A DNA stretch of 63,879 nucleotides, filler included, from Sphaeroforma arctica JP610 (Eukaryota), in the NCBI RefSeq assembly GCF_001186125.1. It is 5 parts of one record of this genome, joined end to end, with 100 filler letters (N's around TTAATTAATTAA, not from the genome) between each part and the next. Parts side by side here need not be neighbours in the genome. Positions count along the whole stretch, not along the records: positions 1 to 26,000 come from NW_014040546.1; 4 more parts are not named here. The stretch is one strand, 5' to 3'. Below are positions 1-11,200 of this stretch, piece after piece. Each line of letters starts with the position of its first letter. The first letter of the stretch is position 1. The notes below the pieces were generated by a model. It made no database searches and had not been told where the DNA came from. It saw nothing but the letters and a program-made list of their open reading frames with translations. The position numbers and the translations under genes are program-made.

Positions 1-123
<123 letters not shown>

Positions 124-831
124 CACCGAGTGTTCATTGGGTGCGTGTTGCGTCACCAGTGCTAAGTGCTATTGAATGCGTGAGGGCCTGCAGTGTGCTG
201 CAGAACTCAATGTATGGGGCAGTGTGAGAGCGTAAGCGTTGAAATAATTCGCCATACGACGTAGATGACAGCTGTACTTACCATGAGCTATACACACCAT
301 GAGCTGTACAACAGCGCACGCGCATGAGTTGTATCAGTTGTACGCATCACATCTCATTAAGCGAGACATTTGGGATGTTAAACGATCTGTGATGGGTTTG
401 CTCTGGTTGTAGATTCCAACCGGTAGTTGTGGACATTTTGGAGCTCGTACCCCGCGACCATAGCTGTCGCGTCAATGGTAAAGAACTGCAATTAGTCAGG
501 CGAGCATGTCATTACGCAACAGAACTCTTGTTAAATCGGTATATTGTTGACGTGCCATTGCATTTCCGATATAGCGCTTTAAAACCCTAAACCCTATAAC
601 CCTAAAATCAAAACCCTAAACCCTAAGAGAGAGAGAGATGAACACATCCTCAGGCCTTGGTTTATGATTTAGGTGTTCAAATCCTCAAAACCCAGTAGCG
701 CCAGGCGTTGAACATGCCGAACTGCTGTGTAGTTAGTAACAAGCCGAACACATGTCCTAAACCCTACACTCCGCAAACCCTAGAGCAGCGCTTTCAATTT
801 GACCCGTTTGCCCCGCAAATATCTTGTGCAG

Positions 832-3058
832 GAATACATGAGCACCACAAAATACTCGATGACTTAGGCGATGAAATGGTAGTCATCAACCAGGCGTACA
901 CACGGCTGTGGCCAGCGGCTCAACGCGATTGCACTTACCTCACTAGCAGGCGGAGGGTCGACGACACAGGTGTGCATGGTGTATGGTACACGGTACAGCC
1001 CCACTTTTGTATCGTTCAAGGTACTGGACTGGTATTGTTAGTTGTATGTCCTCACTTTTGTTATCGCTAAAGATGCAGGGATTGCATTGACGTTGGTCAT
1101 GGTCTGCTGTATTTCGTTACTACTGGGTCGCTCATGATACAGGATTTGCATAGTCTTCGATCCTGATGTGTTATACTTTGCCACTGTTGTATTGCTGGAA
1201 ATACCTGCTGTTTAGTGTCGCTTTGGTACTACTAGAGAGCCTATTCTTGCATTCATAAAGCCCAAAGCTTAAAACCTATACATTATTTCACGATGATATA
1301 AATCTTCTCGTTACGTCAGCTGCAAGTTTTTAATGCCAAATGTCGCATCATAAGAGTTGTTTCCCACTGGTTCTGTCTATTTGCACCTCTATATGTACGC
1401 CAACAGACCTTGTGTCCTCAGCTATAACTATTTACACAATACTGTGACTAAAGTATCTACCATTGCACTGGCTAAGACTAAAGGATGCGCTTCGCAATTG
1501 GTACCACATTACTTATGTGCCACATCCTCAGCACTACATGGGTCGTGGTATGATAGAATAGATATAGTGGGGAGGAAGCGAACTGTGTTTCATACACTGC
1601 TAATATAATCCATCTAAGGCGCTTGTGTGCGGATCGCCTATCTCCGACTACATCCGTAGATATGTATGCCGTGATCAACTACAGGGTCAACCATTCTGTT
1701 TCATACACTGCCAATATAATCCATCTATGGCGTTTGTGTGCTGATCACCTGTCTCCGGCTACTTCCGTAGATATATATGCCGTGATCAACTACAGTGTCA
1801 ACCATCCTGACGACCACATCCCCGCCTCCTTTGTGCGCGCCAGTGCGGAGGTGGGTATGGTGTGCGAGAGTGTTATAAGGCCGCAATGCACCGAAACCTC
1901 GCTAGACGCACTCACGCGGCAAGACATCCAAACAAAGATATACTACCAGGCCAAGATCAGGTAGGTATGCACAGGTATAGATATACTACCAGACCAAGAT
2001 CAGGTAACTATGCACAGGTATAGATATACTACCAGGTCAAGATCAGGTAGCTATGCACAGGTATAGATATACTACCATGCCAAGATCAGGTAGGTATGCA
2101 CAGGTATAAGAGCTCATGTGCATGGCCCTGTGAGCAAGGCAAGGGCGCAGTGATCGATACTTGTGCCGGCGAAACCATGCACAGGCTTACGCTCTTCAGA
2201 GTATTATTCTGCGGTTTCTCATTAGAAATCCTGTCGTTGAATCATCCACACCTTTTGTCTCCAATTGCGATGAGGACAGTCACAAACGATCCTTTGCTTT
2301 GACCTACAGTCGTTTGTCTTTGACTGCTGTGACCACACATTAAACCGATTCTTCTTTGCTTGACCTATAGTCTTTTGTCTTTGACTGCCGTGACCACACA
2401 TTAAACCGATTCATCTTTGCTTGACCCACAGTCTTTTGAATTTGACTGATGTGACCACACATTAAACTGATTCTTCTTTGCTTGACTTATAGTCTTTTGT
2501 CTTTGACTGCCGTGACCACACATTAAACCGATTCATCTTTGCTTGACCTACAGTCTTTTGAATTTGACTGCTGTGACCACACATTATCCTGATTCTTCTT
2601 TGCTTGACCTACAGTCTTTTGTCTTTGACTGCTGTGACCACACATTAAACCGATTCTTCTTTGCTTGACCTACAGTCCGGGTGGCTGGGTGCCGGCGGCA
2701 GTCGTTCGCGAGACGTCAAAGAGAGAATATCCAAAGTTCCTACATCAATTGGGAAAAGGCTGTACCGTAAGTACTTTCTGCTGCATTCTCATACCTCGTC
2801 ATGCCCTTCCTCGCCTTTGCTTCCGGCTCGTCCTCAGCCTGATTTGTTGGAATACATATTGACTGCATCCAATAATACTTCGAATGGAGTCATCAGTTGC
2901 AGACGTACACTCGCGCGGTCACTACTGCCCACTGCACACTTGATACCAGATACTTAACCGTAGCAATCTCTATCTTACAGGAGCACTTCAGCGATCGGCC
3001 GTTAGACTGCTCCACTGTCAAGAAAGCCTTTGAATCAAGACCGCCTCCAGCCGAGTGA
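832..3058 (+). CDS. START-domain lipid transfer protein, CERT/STARD11-like (3' exons only; 5' part not located)
   Basis: Phase-compatible GT-AG exons 832-969, 1771-1960, 2676-2766, 2981-3058(TGA). Spliced peptide GIHEHHKILDDLGDEMVVINQAYTRLWPAAQRDCTYL...DIYAVINYSVNHP...FVRASAEVGMVCESV...[30 protein letters not shown] matches CERT START motifs ([31 protein letters not shown]). Confidence 0.85.
1936..2108 (+). repeat. 43-bp tandem repeat (4 copies) spanning an exon 3' end and its splice donor
   Basis: agatatactaccaggccaagatcag|gtaggtatgcacaggtat units start at 1936, 1979, 2022 and 2065. Confidence 0.9.
2289..2677 (+). repeat. 61-bp tandem repeat (~6.5 copies), each containing a splice-acceptor-like end
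   Basis: gattcttctttgcttgacctacag|tc unit; YAG ends at 2309, 2370, 2431, 2492, 2553, 2614 and 2675. Confidence 0.9.
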
Positions 3059-3389
3059 TTCTGACCAGTAGAATATAAAGAAAACATGCTAGAGTAGATG
3101 TGACGTATTGTAGTCGGCGTGACAGTGTACTAGCGAAGGAATAGGTCTGAGCAGTGGATGCAACTCACTCCTGTGAATATGCTATTGGCTAGTGGGGTTT
3201 GCGGGGTTGGCGTGAATAGCATTATACTTCATATATCAATCAGCGCGAGCCTAGACTTCGTTACTACCACAGACTTCTTCTGGAATTACAGAGAGCCGCA
3301 CTAGTCGGTCTATAAACCATGATTATTGTGAGACAGAGGTGACAAATTCGAAATACGTATTCGTGACTGCTTACTACTCCACGTTGACT

Positions 3390-3475
3390 AAGAAGTCTTA
3401 CCCATGTGCATATTCCGGCTGCGGCAAGCGTTTCAGCCAAGCGACTCATCGAACAATTCACCAGTGTCTGCACAG
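3390..3475 (+). pseudogene. Isolated C2H2 zinc-finger remnant
   Basis: KKSYPCAYSGCGKRFSQATHRTIHQCLH fits C-x4-C-x12-H-x3-H, but there is no extended ORF around it. Confidence 0.4.
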
Positions 3476-3799
3476 TGTTGGAGCCCATATGCGTATGAAT
3501 TATTTCCAGGCTGCGACATAGAGTTTTACTTCCTCCACACATATGTCATACCACCGGCGATCGCACGATAGAGAGTGGCAATGCAGATGGGAATGACCTG
3601 GCTGTACCTTCAGGGCTAATCAGATATCTGTTTCCAAACAGCACAAGTGCACACGCACCGACGAGCGTATCGTATGCTGATTCGGTGGATGCGATAAGCA
3701 CTTCTCGTCATCCAGAGGTGTGACAAAGCACATGTTGCGATTTCATACATGCCCATCTGAGGTGTTTTTTGGTGTGGGGGAGGGTGACTAGGGATCACT

Positions 3800-4300
3800 G
3801 CTATCTGGACCAATAAGCAATACCGATTGATTACAGCTAATACCTCTGCTACGAATGGCAGTATTCAATTGCTGAATTAAAAAGGTGTAGGTATGCGCTT
3901 TATGATCCAGATCGCAGTTATCGGTGTCAGTAAGCAACATTGAACTTCTGCAGCTGACACATCTACAACGAGTGGCTAACGATATTTGGATGATTAAGGT
4001 ACGCACAATAGAACTCGAAACTTATAGGTGTGCGCTTGTGGGGTCCAGATCGCAACTCTCTGTATGTATCAGCACACAGTGTTCAACTGCTTCAGCTAAT
4101 ACCTCTGCAACAGACTGCTAACGATTTGTTGGAGGGCTTGGGCACACACTGTACAACAAAATAAGAAATAACGTGTTGGGTTAATAGGCATGCACCAATA
4201 TGGTCCAGATCGCAATATCGACCGCTATTACCTCTGCAACGAATGGCTATCCATATTTTGGATGGTCTTGGTACGCCATATAGAACTAAAACGTATAGAA
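3800..4300. repeat. Degenerate ~120-140-bp tandem repeat
   Basis: cagctaatacctctgcaacgaatggct-like core recurs near 3834, 3951, 4093 and 4222, each preceded by a ccagatcgca-like motif in the later copies. Confidence 0.6.
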
Positions 4301-5242
4301 GTTATACGGATTGGGCTAAGGTTGTTCGGTTCGCACCGATTAGAGTGTGATGTTCGTGGTTATCGACCAGTGCGTCATAGACTATTGATCTCATCTGATG
4401 TACTTTTAATGTGGTCTTTTTACTGTTACCAGAAATCTAAATCGTTGTGTCATTCAGGGTGACGACTTGCAATATCTGTATTATTACAAACAATTTGACC
4501 ATAGCGTCACAGCTCTCTCTTGTAGTTGTGTAATAGCTAAAAAAAAAAGAACAAGCTTTGTCTTAGAAAAAGGTTGACCGGCAAACATTTCTACGACATG
4601 GTGATTGGAATTGTGAACTACTTGATCCAAACTTGATGGATTTCAGTTCCATTTTGGGTTCTACCGTCAGGTAGTCCTGCCCACATTCTGCAAATACCCA
4701 CGTGTGTTGGAGTCGCAACTTAAAGGATACAATGAACGGTCATGGCGGTATATTCGTATGCAATTGCATTTGGCCTGTCAAACCCGTGTCCCTGAGCTCC
4801 TCCATATATCAGGTGATCAAATATGTTTTGTTTGGGTGGACGCCCCGCTACAGGGCGTACGCTACACTAGGTTGTAAGAGCTAGGTGATGTAGGTGTAAA
4901 CGACGCTTTGCACGAGTTCGCCATTCAGAATACAAGCTTGCTCTGTCGCAATTGATTTCTCGCCTGTCAGCCCTCACGGCAGCTGATCATTTTTATGGCT
5001 ACCCCACCCCACGCGACACTCCCGACCATTCTCAATGCACCAGTACTTCCATATCATCACGCTGAAAAGACATCTACCACGCATGACAGTGTGTGATATG
5101 GGCCCTGATATGAATCAAGTACAAGAACTGAACTTTCCGATCTAGATGGTCTATGATGTACCGTGAGTTGCGTGCGGCGTGCGGTGTAGTCCCATATATA
5201 GTTCGGTACTATTGCGCTAGATATGTGCTATAGCATCATGTG

Positions 5243-8200
5243 TCACTGTGCTCTGGCCTTCTTTTCGATGTTGTGCAATGCAGACGCACAGGCTACTGCT
5301 GCGTCACGAGTTGGAACATCAGCCTCAGCCTCGGCCACAGAATGCAGCCACTCCAAAATCTCTGTCAGATAAGGTGCCAGATCTGTAGATAGGAAATTGG
5401 ACGTAGAATACGTTTACTAAATCCAGGTAAATTGTAAATTGGTGATTTATGTAAACATGGGTTTGATGTGGCGTGGCTTATTTGTATTTTCAGTTATGCA
5501 ACCGTCATGAATCACGTGTCATGGTTTTAATTTGCATGGTATTTCAAGTGTGCATGATTGTGATAGTCTGGGCTTTGCATTGTATGAATCAACATGACAC
5601 GTGCTGCGTGATAGTATTTTGACGCTGTTTCGGTCAGCACTATTGACCAGGTCGATCGGAGCTTGCCCATGAGGTAAATAGCGTTGTCAACCAATGTCAT
5701 CACGAGTGATGATGCAGGCGAATATGTACCAAATACCGAATAAATACAGAACAAAACGACATGTCGACAACTTACCGACAAGCACCACTTCATGTGGTAG
5801 AGATGTTAGTATAGTCAGCAACGCATACAAGCTCGACCGTCGCACGGCTGTTTCAGTGTGGAATCGCACCGCGAATACGAAATCTATGAGAGCCGTTGCC
5901 ATGGCAACAGCCTGGGGCGAGTTGGAGGCACATCGCATCATGGTGCCTAATGTGTTGAGCAGGGAAGATAGCAGCATGCCCTCGGCCTGTGGGCGAGCAT
6001 GAGAACTTCGAGTGAGATCTTGTTCAGCTATGAGGAAAACTATCGACCGGCCATGATTGTTGTACACCATTGTCTGGCAGTACAAGTCTCTATGCATGTT
6101 CATTCAAAACTACTACTAGAATTGGGCTAAAGGGCATAATGATCCCAATGCAAAACAAATATGTAGCTCATAAAGACCAAATACAACTACCAAAATGTTG
6201 TATAAATAATTAACATAGGACCCTTGTGACCTTTCAATTGCCCTTAAACCGGTATTTCGCTTGAGAATCACTGAAAATTCTACTATATAGTTACCACCAC
6301 TCTTAGACACCAAGTGGGTCAACAAAAAAAATGCTCGTAATAACCTTAACAACAGTCTACTTCCGATTTTTTCAATAAAAGCAGCACGAAGCACAGAAGT
6401 GAAAGATCGTCTGCCGGAGTTTTCTCAAACTAGTCGCAAATAAAGCCAAACTTATAAAGTGTATTGTGAACGAGATAAGAAATTCGGTAGATTGTCACAT
6501 CACCTTGCCTATTCTTCAAAGTCCACCAGGTAGGGCTAGTAATCCGCACACGTAACTTCCAGCACATCTAGTACAAAAATACGATGCTATTCAGTTTATC
6601 AAACTGATCCTAACATACCTCACCAAGCCATCGAGCAGATTTCTCAGCATCATACTTTGACATAAGACCATAGAAGGAGAAATGAGCGACCTGATGTATA
6701 TGACCAAAATTTGATTTAGATCTCAATAAATTCGGCAAACCTGTGTATACACTAATGTTAAACTTATGTACACACTGCTACTAAACTTGTGTTCACTAGT
6801 ATTAAACTTATGCACAGACTGCTACTAAACTTGTATACACTAATATTAAACTTATGTACACACTGCTACTAAACCTTTGTATACATATACAAGACTCTCG
6901 CTTGCATATGACCAATCAGGTCCGTACTTGCATACTCCTGTGTCAATTTGATGGCACACATACAAAACGTGACATAAAAGAAAAGCACACACAACTATTG
7001 GTGTGTCTTCTCTGTGAGTACTGAAAGCATGTACACGTCGCATCGATTCGCTGTGATGAGGAGGTAACCTCACAATACAGCAAACAACTAACCGCTTATA
7101 TGAGGCACCAGTATATTTGACCACGACGTAACAAAACAGGCCCAATTGCAACTACTGCATTGCAATGTGAAAGTAAAGTGCGATCTGGGTGTCTGTGTAC
7201 CTTAGCAAACTTGTTGTACTGTCCCTCAACATAAGCAGCTTTCTTGAATCGGCGCTCCACAGGTTTTCGAGTTACAGGCTTCTTCAGCACAACCTCCTCT
7301 GAGGATTGGTGGGGAGTCATCAGTAATTTTGCGTTAGCCATGTGTGACTATACAGCGCACGCTTCAGATTAGAATACGATCATACTTGAAACATGCTCAG
7401 AGGGGAGTCTTATGTGGTGGCCGTCCGTGCAAAGAGATGTACTGAAAACAATGACGATATCTGTAGTCGTCTGTACACACCACACGTTGCCGTGCGCATG
7501 ATGAGAGTGCACCACGGCGTGAACTGGCACGCAATAGCACACCCAAGCGAACAATCCATCGAGAGGCATCACAGCTGCTAGCATTGCCATTGCCCATGCG
7601 CGACACTCGTCAGCGACGAGTCAGTTTCCACCCGAATGTAATAATACGCACGAAATTTATAAGACAGACACAGAAGAACTTGACTCGTCTCAAATACAGG
7701 GACGGGTTGACTGGCTCAACAGGCTACCCACCTGTAGTATCTAACAATACATATTACAAGGACAAAAAAATGGGGTGGATATCGAACGTGTGCTACAAGC
7801 TAAAACACGATAGTCTCGAGTATGGTCTCATTAAACACACATAATACACTCGGTGGCAACACATTCCGCTAAAGCATCCATGGCCATCCCTCCATGACAT
7901 CACACCGTAATGTAATAGCAGAGATGGTACAATTTATGCGAACAGAATCCTTCTACAGTAACAAGCGTGGGGCGGGAAATCCTTGTGTATGGGCATACTT
8001 GTCATGCTTGACAAGGATAGATGCGTGTTGTGTGAACCCATAAACTGCAATTGGTGTTACAATTCATCCGTGAAGATCGATAGTGACAATCAAATGACGT
8101 ACTAATGAAGGGCAAGATCGTGTACTCAATGTTGGACAGTAGCCGTCTTGCATCCCATCTACTCGCACTGATACACTCACATCACCTGACTGTAAGCTAT

Positions 8201-11200
8201 CATACGCCGCCACAATATATAACTATAACGCATATTCTCACGAGTTCACACATGTAGCGAACCACTACCAAGTTTTATTAACCTTCCGGATTTTTTTGTA
8301 CCGAAATTTCAAACTGAGAAAGTCAATGGATTTTAAAATCCATTTATACCACTGCTACTAAATATACCAGAATAAGTGGAATCTAAAGTTCAATTGTCGG
8401 AATTATGTTTAATTTAATTGATATATAGTGTAACACAACTCATACCTACAAATCGTCTAATAGTGAGCATCATAAACTGTTATAAACGGCCATTGCATAC
8501 AAGCTAACATTTTCCCAAATTTGACTATAGTAATTGTATTTTGAAATCCATTATCGTACCAAATTGATTTCAAACTGCAGAACATTCCGGAAGATTAACA
8601 CATTGTACTTACACGCAATCAGGTGAACCTACCACTCTGCACTGTGTTGTCCCAGCTGTTCATATTATATCCGTCTTCTCCTCCACTCACAGTCACTTCA
8701 ATACTACGGCCCCATGCACGCACACCCTCATTGAGCACAGCCCTGTCACTGGCTGCCAGTGGTACCAAGCGGCTGAATAACAAGACATGACAAGATACGC
8801 CAAGCAGATATGAGAGTCGAAAGTGAGGATACACACGTGTCAATCAACGCATACGCTCTATGAGCACTGCCCTGTCATCAGCTACGAGCGACTCCGAATG
8901 ACTTGTATGATATATATATATATATATATATAATATATGTCACATAATTACACGCCTAATAAGAACAAAACGCAAGTTGAAGATACTGGTATACACCACA
9001 ACATGTACACTCACAATTGTACAGCTGTCAGTGGCGATATACGGCTGAGAAACGTCACACGCCAAGAAAAACTGCGTACATGTTCATGGTTGTAATGGAA
9101 TGATCGTTCCATATATATACATGGCAGCATACACAGCATACACACAGCCCCTTCTCCAGCTGCCGGGTTTACAACCCGGCTACTTGATGTATCACATAAA
9201 GCCAGTCACGTGGGAATGGAAGGTGACATGCGTTACTGAATGCAGGCCTGGGAGACACATGGCGCTACGCCATCAGAAGTTACCAAAAACATGACGCCAT
9301 GGAGGACGTATACTCATGGATTTTAGGCCAATCGCCATGAAACTGAAGTGTATGCTATATTTAGTTGTTGAGAAGGGCTTTGTTGTACTTATATGTTGAT
9401 ATGCTTAGAATAAATCATGTTTCGTCATAGCAGTGATACTGTCTCAGCATTCGAGGCTCTTGCGACGGCTGTACCTTATTCTTGAACAATAGCACGTACT
9501 AATCTATACTTGGGAAAAATAAACTAGCATATGCTCGTGTATAGACATGTATACACGCGCGAGTGCACTGTGAACGATAGTTGGCACATACCTGCCAGGC
9601 GTGATGGGCTGTATACTCCTCCGCCCGTCGACCATTGCGTCCAGACTTACAGCGGACAATTGTACTGCAGCGGTCTCCAATACCTTGAGCACATCGAAGC
9701 GCTGAATCAAGTTGTAATTCTCGGTATAAAACTGCTCTGCGAGGTACTTGCCACTCACATCAGGCACTGCCGTTGCCATGGCAACCATCGCATCCATCCG
9801 TAACTTAGCATGGTTGGCGAGACCTGAAGGGTGGTTGGATAGAGAGTAAATCATGTTGCCCACGCGATGGATAGTGACAACAATCGGACGTCGATACATC
9901 AAATATATGTGTGCGTAGGGATCGCTGATGGGGACAATTGCGTAAAAAACAATTCATACCATTGAAAACACAAACGTTGCACAGGTCATATTGAAACGAC
10001 ACCATTCTGCACACGTGTAGTCTCACGGTCCACACAAAGGTTAGCCGTGGGAGCACGTTCGGATGTGCCATATATACTGCATATCATATCCCAGTAGAGA
10101 AGTTGGCCAAATCAACAGCATGGCACACAATGGGCATGACCGCACTGAAACTGGTATACGCTACATACAGGTTGAGCACAACACGCCCACAAAAAAAAAT
10201 ACCCACGCCATACTCGTGAATGCGAAGCCTTTCAGCCACGCAGACACGAGCACAAACAAATACACAGCAACACAGACACCCAAACACAAAAACACACAAG
10301 ACTGCCGACACGCACAGTATGAAATACAGATCAATGCACATGCCCAGGTCATCGGCCAGATGCAGCAGAATGGTGAGCATGTCCTCACACACTTCTCGCA
10401 CAAGCGTAGGATTGTGCGCCTGTGTCTGTGTTATTAGAACCGCAGCCACCTTCAACGACGCCGCAATACGCTGGTGAGGAGACAGGCAAATCGAGTTGAG
10501 GTGAGTAATTTGCAGAACATCACGTGGCTCTGAGTGGAATTAGCACGCGGCTGGAATTGTTGAGTAGGTAAGCTGCGATCTCGAAAGAGACAGTCGAAGA
10601 TCATCCGAACTAATTAAGCTAAGATGACATGGCCGTAGATAAACGATACTATTGTACCTGTGGTAGAAAATGCTTTACAGATGCAAAGACGTGTGTATGA
10701 CAACATGTTCAGAACAGTGACAAGTGCAAGTGCTCTATGTTGACTCAGACAGACTTTTAAGACAATAGTACATACTACACATCATTGTGCAAAAATACAC
10801 AATATGCAATTCACGCATAACACTAGCCATTTCATATGATAACACTAGCCATTAACATCATAACACTAGCCATAATATCATAACACTAGACATAATATAC
10901 TAACACTAGCCATTAATATCATAACACTAGCCATTAATATCAAAACACTAGCACTAGCCATTGATATCATAACACTAGCCATTAATATGATAAGTTGCAA
11001 CGCAGACATTGCTAAGGACTTACGTTTGTACAACAGAATTGCTCAAAGAGCAAATACACACGGAACCCAACCCCGCTTACACATGCGGAACAACAAGTCT
11101 CTAATACTCATACGTCGAGTTTGTGGACATGTGTGTGCACCTGCCTACATACCCAGTCACGTACGTTCTTTAACCCAAATTAATCCTCACTATGGGCAAC

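Noticed and set aside
2120..2140. U6 snRNA-like gcatggccc...gcaagg
   Set aside because: No ACAGAGA box or flanking U6 similarity.
2289..2677. CRISPR-like regular arrays (also 31346-31645, 47212-47833)
   Set aside because: Whole units repeat with no unique spacers; eukaryotic context; no cas genes.
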